Source: the human T2T-CHM13v2.0 reference genome, Homo sapiens. From it: 64,000 bases of DNA. The stretch lies in NCBI RefSeq assembly GCF_009914755.1, contig NC_060926.1, one strand, 5' to 3'. The position numbers were made by a program, and so were the translations under genes. Within the stretch, counting starts at the first letter, position 1. Each line of letters begins with the position of its first letter. Shown here one piece after another: positions 1-12,000 of this stretch. The notes beneath the pieces are model-generated. The model saw nothing but the letters and a program-made list of their open reading frames with translations. It was not told the origin of the DNA and ran no database searches.

Positions 1-110
1 TTTGTGATGTGCGCCCTCAACTAACAGTGTTGAACCTTTCTTTTGATAGAGCAGTTTTGAAACACTCTTTTTGTAAAATCTACAAGAGGATATTTGGATA
101 GCTTTGAGGA

Positions 111-127
111 TTTCGTTGGAAACGGGA
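111..127 (+). promoter_or_regulatory. CENP-B box in monomer A (representative; recurs once per A monomer)
   Basis: tttcgttggaaacggga matches the 17-bp CENP-B box with core nTTCGnnnnAnnCGGGn. Confidence 0.95.
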
Positions 128-452
128 TTGTCTTCATATAAACTCTAGACAGTAGCATTCTCAGAAGCTTCATTGGGATGTTTCAATTGAAGTCACAGTG
201 TTGAACAGTCCCTTTCATAGAGCAGGTTTGAAACACTCTTTTTGTAGTATCTGGAAGTGGATATTTGAAGAGTTCTCAGGAACACGGTGAAAAAGGAAAT
301 ATCTTCCAATAAAAGCTAGATAGAAGCAATGTCAGAAAATTGTTCATGATGTATCTATTCAGCTAACAGAGTTGAACTTTTCTTTTGAGAGAGCAGTTTT
401 GAAACACTCTTTTTGTGGAATCTGCAAGTGGATATTTGTCTAGCTTTGAGGA

Positions 453-469
453 TTTCGTTGGAAACGGGA
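453..469 (+). promoter_or_regulatory. CENP-B box in monomer C (representative; boxes alternate at 342/338-bp spacing)
   Basis: tttcgttggaaacggga at 453-469, 342 bp after the A box at 111. The next A box is at 791. Confidence 0.95.
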
Positions 470-619
470 TTACATATAAAAAGCAGACAGCAGCATTCCC
501 AGAAACTTCTTTGTGATGTTTGCATTCAAGTCACAGAGTTGAACATTCCCTTTCATAGAGCAGGTTTGAAACACTCTTTTTGTAGTATCAGGATTTGGAC
601 ATTTGGAGCCCTGTCAGGC

Positions 620-636
620 CTATGGTGAAAAAGGAA
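620..636 (+). promoter_or_regulatory. pJ-alpha-type box of A-type alphoid monomers (representative; monomers B and D)
   Basis: ctatggtgaaaaaggaa (D) and ctacggtgaaaaaggaa (B) occupy the position equivalent to the CENP-B box in the alternate monomers. Confidence 0.8.
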
Positions 637-664
637 ATATCTTCCACTGAAAACTAGACAGAAG

Positions 665-1344
665 TATTCTCAGAAACTTATTTGTGATGTGCGCCCTCAA
701 CTAACAGTGTTGAAGCTTTCTTTTGATAGAGCAGTTTTGAAACATTCTTTTTGTAAAATCTGCAAGAGGATATTTGGATAGCTTTGAGGATTTCGTTGGA
801 AACGGGATTGTCTTCATATTAACCCTAGACAGTAGCATTCTCAGAAGCTTCATTGGGATGTTTCAATTGAAGTCACAGTGTTGAACATTCCCTTTCATAG
901 AGCAGGTTTGAAACACTCTTTTTGTAGTATCTGGAAGTGGACATTTGGAGCGTTCTCAGGACTACGGTGCAAAAGGAAATATCTTCCAATAAAAGCTAGA
1001 TAGAAGCAATATCAGAAACTTTTTCATGATGTATCTACTCAGCTAACAGAGTTGAACCTTTCTTTTGCGAGAGCAGTTTTGAAACACTCTTTTTGTGGAA
1101 TCTGCAAGTGGATATTTGTCTAGCTTTGAGGATTGCGTTGGAAACGGGATTACATATAAAAAGCAGACAGCAGCATTCCCAGAAAGTTCTTTGTGAAATT
1201 TGCATTCAAGTCACGGACTTGAACATTCCCTTTCATAGAGCAGGTTTGAAACACTCTTTTTGTAGTATCTGGATGTGGACATTTGGAGCGCTTTCAGGCC
1301 TATGATGAAAAAGGAAATATCTTCCCCTGAAAACTAGGCAGAAG
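665..1344 (+). repeat. First complete 680-bp HOR unit: monomer A 665-835, B 836-1006, C 1007-1173 (167 bp), D 1174-1344
   Basis: Monomer starts read directly: A (t/c)attctcagaaacttatttgtgatgtgcgcc; B cattctcagaagcttcattggg; C caat(g/a)tcagaaactttttcatg; D cattcccagaaa. C is 4 bp short after the CENP-B box (cgggattacatat vs cgggattgtcttcatat). Confidence 0.95.
1133..1149 (+). promoter_or_regulatory. Variant CENP-B box (TTCG>TGCG), predicted binding-impaired; representative of ~32 C-monomer copies
   Basis: ttgcgttggaaacggga has a substitution inside the core TTCG. It shows in the ORF track as RIA instead of RIS. Loss of binding is inferred from the known core motif. Confidence 0.8.
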
Positions 1345-2704
1345 CATTCTCAGAAACTTATTTGTGATGTGCGCCCTGAACTAACAGTGTTGAACCTTTC
1401 TTTTGAAAGAGCAGTTTTGAAACACTCTTTTTGTAAAATCTGCAATAGGATATTTGGATAGTTTTGAGGATTTCTTTGGAAACGGGATTGTCTTCATATA
1501 GAATCTAGACAGAAGCATTCTCAGAAGCTTCATTGGGATGTTTCAATTGAAGTCACAGTGTTGAACAGTCCCTTTCATAGAGCAGGTTTGAAACACTGTT
1601 TTTGTAGTATCTGGAGGTGGACATTTGGAGCGTTCTCAGGACTACAGTGGAAAAGGAAATATCTTCCAATAAAAGCTAGATAGAAGCAATGTCAGAAAAT
1701 TTTTCATGATGTATCTACTCAGCTAACAGAGTTGAACCTTTCTTTTGAGAGAGCAGTTTTGAAACACAATTTTTGTGGAATCTGCAAGTGGATATTTGTC
1801 TAGGTTTGAGGATTGCGTTTGAAACGGGATTATATATAAAAAGCAGACAGCAGCATTCCCAGAAACTTCTTGGTGATATTTGCATTCAAGTCACAGACTT
1901 GAACATTCCCTTTCATAGAGCAGGTTTGAAACACTCTTTTTGTAGTATCTGGATGTGGACATTTGGAGCACTTTCAGGCCTATGGTGAAAAAGGAAATAT
2001 GTTCCCCTGAAAGCTAGACAGAAGCATTCTCAGAAACATATTTGTGATGTGCGCCCTCAACTAACAGTGTTAAACCTTTCTATTGATAGAGTAGTTTTGA
2101 GACACTCTTTTTGTAAAATCTGCAAGAGGATATTTGGATAGCTTTGAGGATTTCTTTGGAAACGGGATTGTCTTCATATAAAATCTAGACAGAAGCATTC
2201 TCAGAAGCTTCATTGGGATGTTTCAATTGAAGTCACAGTGTTGAAAAGTCCCTTTCATAGAGCAGGTTTGAAACACTCTTTTTGTAGTATCTGGAAGTGG
2301 ACATTTGGAGCGTTCTCAGGACTACGGTGAAAAAGGAAATATCTTCCAATAAAAGCTAGATAGAAGCAATGTCAGAAAATTTTTCATGATGTATCTACTC
2401 AGCTAACAGAGTTGAACCTTTCTTTTGAGAGAGCAGTTTTGAAACACTCTTTTTGTGGAATCTGCAAGTGGATATTTGTCTAGCTTTGAGGATTTCGTTG
2501 GAAACGGGATTACGTATAAAAAGCAGACAGCAGCATTCCCAGAAACTTCTTTGTGATGTTTGCATTGAAGTCACAGAGTTGAACATTCCCTTTCATAGAG
2601 CAGGTTTGAAACACTCTTTTTGTAGTATCTGTATTTGGACATTTGGAGCGCTTTCAGGCCTATGGTGAAAAAGGAAATATCTTCCACTGAAAACTAGACA
2701 GAAG

Positions 2705-3046
2705 TAGTCTCAGAAACTTATTTGTGATGTGCGCCCTCAACTAACAGTGTTGAAGCTTTCTTTTGATAGAGCAGTTTTGAAACATTCTTTTTGTAAAATC
2801 TGCAAGAGGATATTTGGATAGCTTTGAGGATTTCGTTGGAAACGGGATTGTCTTCATATTAACCCTAGACAGTAGCATTCTCAGAAGCTTCATTAGGATG
2901 TTTCAATTGAAGTCACAGTGTTGAACATTCCTTTTCATAGAGCAGGTTTGAAACACTCTTTTTGTAGTATCTGGAAGTGGACATTTGGAGCGCTTTCAGG
3001 CCTATGGTGAAAAAGGAAATATTTTCCACTGAAAACTAGACAGAAG
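2705..3046 (+). repeat. Structural variant: extra 342-bp dimer (monomer A + B/D hybrid monomer 2876-3046)
   Basis: C-to-C spacing is 1022 (2453 to 3475). The monomer at 2876 starts as B (agcttcattagg, ctggaagtgg) and ends as D (cgctttcaggcctatgg ... ccactgaaaactagac). Monomer A restarts at 3047. Confidence 0.92.
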
Positions 3047-6000
3047 TAGTCTCAGAAACTTATTTGTGATGTGCGCCCTCAACTAACAGTGTTGAAGCTT
3101 TCTTTTGATAGAGCAGTTTTGAAACATTCTTTTTGTAAAATCTGCAAGAGGATATTTGGATAGCTTTGAGGATTTCGTTGGAAACGGGATTGTCTTCATA
3201 TTAACCCTAGACAGTAGCATTCTCAGAAGCTTCATTGGGATGTTTCAATTGAAGTCACAGTGTAGAACAGTCCCTTTCATAGAGCAGGTTTGAAACAGTC
3301 TTTTTGTAGCATCTGGAAGTGGACATTTGGAGCATTCTCAGGACTACGGTGAAAAAGGAAATATCTTCCAATAAAAGCTAGAGAGAAGCAATGTCAGAAA
3401 CTTTTTCAGGATGTATCTACTCAGCTAAAAGAGTTGAAACTTTCTTTTGAGAGAGGAGTTTTGAAACACTATTTTTGTGGAATCTGCAAGTGGATATTTG
3501 TCTAGCTTTGAGGATTTCGTTGGAAACGGGATTACATATAAAAAGCAGACAGCAGCATTCCCAGAAAGTTCTTTGTGAAATTTGCATTCAAGTCACAGAG
3601 TTGAACATTCCGTTTCATAGACCAGGTTTGAAACACTCTTTTTGTAGTATCTGGATGTGGACATTTGGAGCGCTTTCAGGCCTATGGTGGAAAAGGAAAT
3701 ATCTTCCACTGAAAACTAGACAGAAGCATTCTCAGAAACTTATTTGTGATGTGCGCCCTCAACTAACAGTGTTGAAGCTTTCTTTTGATAGAGCAGTTTT
3801 GAAACACTCTTTTGTAAAATCTGCAAGAGGATATTTGGATAGCTTTGAGGATTTCGTTGGAAACGGGATTGTCTTCATATAGAATCTAGACAGAAGCATT
3901 CTCAGAAGCTTCATTGGGATGTTTCAATTGAAGTCACAGTGTTGAACAGTCCCTTTCATAGAGCAGGTTTGAAACACTCTTTTTGTAGTATCTGGAAGTG
4001 GACATTTGGAGCGTTCTCAGGACTGCAGTGAAAAAGGAAATATCTTCCAATAAAAGCTAGATAGAAGCAATGTCAGAAAATTTTTCATGATGTATCTACT
4101 CAGCTAACAGAGTTGAAACTTTGTTTTGAGAGAGCAGTTTTGAAACACTCTTTTTGTGGAATCTGCAAGTGGATATTTGTCTAGCTTTGAGGATTTCGTT
4201 GGAAACGGGATTACATATAAAAAGCAGACAGCAGCATTCCCAGAAACTTCTTTGTGATATTTGCATTCAAGTCACGGACTTGAACATTCCCTTTCATAGA
4301 GCAGGTTTGAAACACTCTTTTTGTAGTATCTGGATGTGGACATTTGGAGCGCTTTCAGGCCTATGGTGAAAAAGGAAATATCTTCCCCTGAAAACTAGAC
4401 AGAAGCATTCTCAGAAACTTATTTGTGATGTGCGCCCTCAACTAACACTGTTGAAGCTTTCTTTTGATAGAGCAGTTTTGAAACACTCTTTTTGTAAAAT
4501 CTGCAAGAGGATATTTGCATAGCTTTGAGGATTTCGTTGGAAACGGGATTGTCTTCATCTAAAATCTAGACAAAAGCATTCTCAGAAGCTTCATTGGGAT
4601 GTTTCAATTGAAGTCACAGTGTTGAACAGTCCCTTTCATAGAGCAGGTTTGAAACACTCTTTTTGTAGTATCTGGAAGTGGACATTTGGAGCGTTCTCCG
4701 GACTACGGTGAAAAAGGAAATATCTTCCAATAAAAGCTAGATAGAAGAAATGTCAGAAAATTTTTCAAGATGTATCTACTCAGCTAACAGAGTTGAACCT
4801 TTCTTTTGAGAGAACCGTTTTGAAACACTCTTTTTGTGGAATCTGCAAGTGGATATTTGTCTAGCTTTGAGGATTGCGTTGGAAACGGGATTACATATAA
4901 AAAGTAGACAGCAGCATTCCCAGAAACTTCTTTGTGATGTTTGCATTCAAGTCACAGAGTTGAACATTCCCTTTCATAGAGCAGGTTTGAAACACTCTTT
5001 TTGTAGTATCTGGATGTGGACATTTGGAGCGCTTTCAGGCCTATGGTGAAAAAGGAAATATCTTCCACTGAAAACTAGACAGAAGTAGTTTCAGAAACTT
5101 ATTTGTGATGTGCGCCCTCAACTAACAGTGTTGAAGCTTTCTTTTGATAGAGCAGTTTTGAAACACTCTTTTTGTAAAATCTGCAAGAGGATATTTGGAT
5201 AGATTTGAGGATTTCGTTGGAAACGGGATTGTCTTCATATTAACCCTAGACAGTAGCATTCTCAGAAGCTTCATTGGGATGTTTCAATTGAAGTCACAGT
5301 GTTGAACAGTCCCTTTCATAGAGCAGGTTTGAAACACTGTTTTTGTAGCATCTGGAAGTGGACATTTGGAGCGTTCTCAGGACTACGGTGAAAAAGGAAA
5401 TATCTTCCAATAAAAGCTAGATAGAAGCAATGTCAGAAACTTTTTCATGATGTATCTACTCAGCTAAAAGAGTTGAACCTTTCTTTTGAGAGAGCAGTTT
5501 TGAAACACTGTTTTTGTGGAATCTGCAAGTGGATATTTGTCTAGCTTTGAGGATATCGTTGGAAACGGGATTACATATAAAAAGGAGACAGCAGCATTCC
5601 CAGAAAGTTCTTTGTGAAATTTGCATTCCAGTCACAGACTTGAACATTCCCTTTCATAGAGCAGGTTTGAAACACTCTTTTTGTAGTGTCTGGATGTGGA
5701 CATTTGGAGCGCTTTCAGGCCTATGGTGAAAAAGGAAATATCTTCCCCTGAAAACTAGACAGAAGCATTCTCAGAAACTTATTTGTGATGTGCGCCCTCA
5801 ACTAACAGTGTTGAACCTTTCTTTTGAAAGAGCAGTTTTGAAACACTCTTTTTGTAAAATCTGCAAGAGGATATTTGGATAGCTTTGAGGATTTCGTTGG
5901 AAACGGGATTGTCTTCATATAAACTCTAGACAGAAGCATTCTCAGAAGCTTCATTGGGATGTTTCAATTGAAGTCACAGTGTTGAACAGTCCCTTTCATA

Positions 6001-9000
6001 GAGCAGGTTTGAAACACTCTTTTTGTAGTATCTGGAAGTGGACATTTGGAGCGCTCTCAGGACTACAGTGGAAAAGGAAATATCTTCCAATAAAAGCTAG
6101 ATAGAAGCAATGTCAGAAAATTTTTCATGATGTATCTACTCAGCTAACAGAGTTGAACCTTTCTTTTGAGAGAGCAGTTTTGAAACACTCTTTGTGTGGA
6201 ATCTGCAAGTGGATATTTGTCTAGGTTTGAGGATTGCGTATGAAACGGGATTACATATAAAAAGCAGACAGCAGCATTCTCAGAAACTTCTTGGTGATAT
6301 TTGCATTCAAGTCACAGACTTGAACATTCCCTTTCATAGAGCAGGTTTGAAACACTCTTTTTGTAGTATCTGGATGTGGACATTTGGAGCGCTTTCAGGC
6401 CTATGGTGAAAAAGGAAATATCTTCCCCTGAAAGCTAGACAGAAGCATTCTCAGAAACTTATTTGTGATGTGCTCCCACAACTAACAGTGTTAAACCTTT
6501 CTATTGATAGAGTAGTTTTGAAACACTCTTTTTGTAAAATCTGCAAGAGGATATTTGGATAGCTTTGAGGATTTCGTTGGAAACGGGATTGTCTTCATCT
6601 AAAATCTAGACAGAAGCATTCTCAGAAGCTTCATTGGGATGTTTCAATTGAAGTCACAGTGTTGAACAGTCCCTTTCATAGAGCAGGTTTGAAACACTCT
6701 TTTTGTAGTATCTGGAAGTGGACATTTGGAGCACTCTCAGGACTACGGTGAAAAGGGAATTATCTTCCAATAAAAGCTAGATAGAAGCAATGTCAGAAAC
6801 TTTTTCATGACGTATCTACTCAGCTAACAGAGTTGAACCTTTCTTTTGAGAGAGCAGTTTTGAAACACTCTTTTTGTGGAATGTGCAAGTGGAAATTTGT
6901 CTAGCTTTGAGGATTTCGTTGGAAACGGGATTACATATAAAAGGCAGACAGCAGCATTCCCAAAAACTTCTTTGTGATGTTTGCATTCAAGTCCCAGAGT
7001 TGAACATTCCCTTTCATAGAGCAGGTTTGAAACACTCTTTTTGTAGTATCTGGATGTGGACATTTGGAGCACTTTCAGGCCTATGGTGAAAAAGGAAATA
7101 TCTTCCTCTGAAAACTAGACAGAAGCATTCCCAGAATCTTATTTGTGATGTGCGCACTGAACTAACAGTGTTGAAGCTTTCTTTTGATAGAGCAGTTTTG
7201 AAACACTCTTTTTGTAAAATCTGCAAGAGGATATTTGGATAGCTTTGAGGATTTCGTTGGAAACGGGATTGTCTTCATATAAACTCTAGACAGAAGCATT
7301 CTCAGAAGCTTCATTGGGATGTTTCAATTGAAGTCACAGTGTTGAACAGTCCCTTTCATAGAGCATGTTTGAAACAATCTTTTTGTAGTATCTGGAAGTG
7401 GACATTTGGAGCGTTCTCAGGACTACGGTGAAAAAGGAAATATCTTCCAAATAAAGCTAGAAAGAAGCAATGTCAGAAAATTTTTCATGATGTTTCTACT
7501 CAGCTAAAAGAGTTGAACCTTCCTTTTGAGAGAGCAGTTTTGAAACACTCTTTTTGTGGAATCTGCAAGTGGATATTTGTCTAGCTTTGAGGATTTCGTT
7601 GGAAACGGGATTACATATAAAAAGCAGACAGCAGCATTCCCAGAAACTTCTTTGTGATGTTTGCATTCAAGTCACAGAGTTGAACATTCCCTTTCATAGA
7701 GCAGGTTTGAAACACTCTTTTTGTAGTATCTGGATGTGGACATTTGGAGCGCTTTCAGGCCTATGGTGAAAAAGGAAATATCTTCCCCTGAAAACTAGAT
7801 AGAAGCACTCTCAGAAACTTATTTGTGATGTGCGCCCTCAACTAAAAGTGTTGAACTTTTCTTTTGATAGAGCAGTTTTGAAACACTCTTTTTGTAAAAT
7901 CTGCAAGAGGATATTTGGATAGGTTTGAGGATTTCGTTGGAAACGGGATTGTCTTCATATAAACTCTAGACAGAAGCATTCTCAGAAGCTTCATTGGGAT
8001 GTTTCAATTGAAGTCACAGTGTTGAACAGTCCCTTTCATAGAGCAGGTTTGAAAAACTCATTTTGTAGTATCTGGAAGTGGACATTTGGAGCGCTCTCAG
8101 GACTACGGTGAAAAAAGAAATATCTTCCAATAAAAGCTAGATAGAAGCAATGTCAGAAACTTTTCATGAAGTATCTACTCAGCTAACAGAGTTGAACATT
8201 TTTTTTGAGAGAGCAGTTTTGAAATACGCTTTTTGTGGAATCTGCAGGTGGATATTTGTCTAGCTTTCAGGATTTCGTTGGAAACGGGATTACATATAAA
8301 AAGCAGACAGCAGCATTCCCAGAAAGTTCTTTGTGATGTTTGCATTCAAGTCACAGAGTTGAACATTCCCTTTCATAGAGCAGGTTTGAAACACTCTTTT
8401 TGTAGTATCTGGATGTGGACATTTGGAGCGCTTTCAGGCCTATGGTGAAAAAGGAAATATCTTCCCCTGAAAACTAGACAGAAGCATTCTCAGAAACTTA
8501 TTTGTGATGTGCGCCCTCAACTAACAGTGTTAAACCTTTCTTTTGATGGAGTAGTTTTGAAACACTCTTTTTGTAAAATCTGCAAGAGGATATTTGGATA
8601 GCTTTGAGGATTTTGTTGGAAACGGGATTGTCTTCATATAAACTCTAGACAGAAGCATTCTCAGAAGCTTCATTGGGATGTTTCAATTGAAGTCACAGTG
8701 TTGAACAGTCCCTTTCATAGAGCAGGTTTGAAACACTCTTTTTGTAGTATCTGGACGTGGACATTTGGAGAGTTCTCAGGAACACGGTGAAAAAGGAAAT
8801 ATCTTCCAATAAAAGCTAGATAGAAGCAATGTCAGAAAATTGTTCATGATGTATCTACTCAGCTAACAGAATTGAACCTTTCTTTTGAGAGAGCAGTTTT
8901 GAAACACTCTTTTTGTGGAATCTGCAAGTGGATATTTGACTAGCTTTGAGGATTTCGTTGGAAACGGGATTACGTATAAAAAGCAGACAGCAGCATTCCC

Positions 9001-12000
9001 AGAAACTTCTTTGTGATGTTTGTATTCAAGTCACAGAGTTGAACATTCCCTTTCATAGAGCAGTTTTGAAACACTCTTTTTGTAGTATCTGGATGTGGAC
9101 ATTTGGAGCGCTTTCAGGCCTATGGTGAAAAAGGAAATATCTTCCCCTGAAAACTAGACAGAAGCATTCTCAGAATCTTATTTGTGATGTGCGCCCTCAA
9201 ATAACAGTGTTGAACTTTTCTTTTGATAGAGCAGTTTTGAAACACTCTTTTTGTAAAATCTGCAAGAGGATATTCGGATAGCTTTGAGGATTTCGTTGGA
9301 AACGGGATTGTCTTCATATAAAATCTAGACAGAAGCATTCTCAGAAGCTTCATTGGGATGTTTCAATTGAAGTCACAGTGTTGAACAGTCCCTTTCATAG
9401 AGCATGTTTGAAACAATCTTTTTGAAGTATCTGGAAGTGGACATTTGGAGCGTTCTCAGGACTACGGTGAAAAAGGAAATATCTACCAAATAAAGCTAGA
9501 TAGAAGCAATGTCAGAAAATTTTTCATGATGTATCTACTCAGCTAACAGAGTTGAACCTTTCTTTTGAGAGAGCAGTTTTGAAACACTCTTTGTGTGGAA
9601 TCTGCAAGTGGATATTTGTCTAGGTTTGAGGATTGCGTATGAAACGGGATTACATATAAAAAGCAGACAGCAGCATTCTCAGAAATTTCTTGGTGATATT
9701 TGCATTCAAGTCACAGACTTGAACATTCCCTTTCATAGAGCAGGTTTGAAACACTCTTTTTGTAGTATCTGGATGTGGACATTTGGAGCGCTTTCAGGCC
9801 TATGGTGAAAAAGGAAATATCTTCCCCTGAAAGCTAGACAGAAGCATTCTCAGAAACTTATTTGTGATGTGCTCCCACAACTAACAGTGTTAAACCTTTC
9901 TATTGATAGAGTAGTTTTGAAACACTCTTTTTGTAAAATCTGCAAGAGGATATTTGGATAGCTTTGAGGATTTCGTTGGAAACGGGATTGTCTTCATCTA
10001 AAATCTAGACAGAAGCATTGTCAGAAGCTTCATTGGGATGCTTCAATTGAAGTCACAGTGTTGAACAGTCCCTTTCATAGAGCAGGTTTGAAACACTCTT
10101 TTTGTAGTATCTGGAAGTGGACATTTGGAGCACTCTCAGGACTACGGTGAAAAGGGAAATATCTTCCAATAAAAGCTAGATAGAAGCAATGTCAGAAACT
10201 TTTTCATGACGTATCTACTCAGCTAACAGAGTTGAACCTTTCTTTTGAGAGAGCAGTTTTGAAACACTCTTTTTGTGGAATGTGCAAGTGGATATTTGTC
10301 TAGCTTTGAGGATTTCGTTGGAAACGGGATTACATATAAAAGGCAGACAGCAGCATTCCCAAAAACTTCTTTGTGATGTTTGCATTCAAGTCCCAGAGTT
10401 GAACATTCCCTTTCATAGAGCAGGTTTGAAACACTCTTTTTGTAGTATCTGGATGTGGACATTTGGAGCACTTTCAGGCCTATGGTGAAAAAGGAAATAT
10501 CTTCCCCTGAAAACTAGACAGAAGCATTCTCAGAATCTTATTTGTGATGTGCGCCCTCAAATAACAGTGTTGAACTTTTCTTTTGATAGAGCAGTTTTGA
10601 AACACTCTTTTTGTAAAATCTGCAAGAGGATATTCGGATAGCTTTGAGGATTTCGTTGGAAACGGGATTGTCTTCATATAAAATCTAGACAGAAGCATTC
10701 TCAGAAGCTTCACTGGGATGTTTCAATTGAAGTCACAGTGTTGAACAGTCCCTTTCATAGAGCATGTTTGAAACGATCTTTTTGAAGTATCTGGAAGTGG
10801 ACATTTGGAGCGTTCTCAGGACTACGGTGAAAAAGGAAATATCTACCAAATAAAGCTAGATAGAAGCAATGTCAGAGAATTTTTCATGATGTATCTACTC
10901 AGCTAACAGAGTTGAACCTTTCTTTTGAGAGAGCAGTTTTGAAACACTCTTTTTGTGGAATCTGCAAGTGGATATTTGTCTAGCTTTGAGGATTTCGTTG
11001 GAAACGGGATTACATATAAAAAGCAGACAGCAGCATTCCCAGAAACTTCTTTGTGATGTTTGCATTCAAGTCACAGAGTAAAACATTCCGTTTCATAGAG
11101 CAGGTTTGAAACACTCTTTTTGTAGTATCTGGATGTGGACATTTGGAGCGCTTTCAGGCCTATGGTGAAAAAGGAAATATCTTCCCCTGAAAACTAGACA
11201 GAAGCATTCTCAGAAACTTATTTGTGATGCGCGCCCTCAACTAACAGTGTTGAAGCTTTCTTTTGATAGAGCAGTTTTGAAACACTCTTTTTGTAAAATC
11301 TGCAAGAGGATATTTGGATAGCTTTGAGGATTTGGGTGGAAATGAGATTGTCTTCATATTAACTCTAGACAGTAGCATTCTCAGAAGCTTCATTGGGATG
11401 TTTCAATTGAAGTCACAGTGTTGAACATTCCCTTTCATAGAGCAGGTTTGAAACACACTTTTTGTAGTATCTGGAAGTGGACATTTGGAGCGCTCTCAGG
11501 ACTACGGTGAAAAAAGAAATATCTTCCAATAAAAGCTAGATAGAAGCAATGTCAGAAACTTTTCATGAAGTATCTACTCAGCTAACAGAGTTGAACATTT
11601 TTTTTGAGAGAGCAGTTTTGAAATACGCTTTTTGTGGAATCTGCAGGTGGATATTTGTCTAGCTTTCAGGATTTCGTTGGAAACGGGATTACATATAAAA
11701 AGCAGACAGCAGCATTCCCAGAAAGTTCTTTGTGATATTTGCATTCAAGTCACAGAGTTGAACATTCCCTTTCATAGAGCAGGTTTGAAACACTCTTTTT
11801 GTAGTATCTGGATGTGGACATTTGGAGCGCTTTCAGGCCTATGGTGAAAAAGGAAATATCTTCCCCTGAAAAGTAGACAGAAGCATTCTCAGAAACTTAT
11901 TTGTGATGTGCGCCCTCAACTAACAGTGTTAAACCTTTCTTTTGATGGAGTAGTTTAGAAACACTCTTTTTGTAAAATCTGCAAGAGGATATTTGGATAG

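Noticed and set aside
308-313. aataaa polyadenylation-like and tataaa TATA-like hexamers in nearly every unit
   Set aside because: These are consensus satellite sequence in AT-rich DNA. The sequence alone gives no evidence of function.
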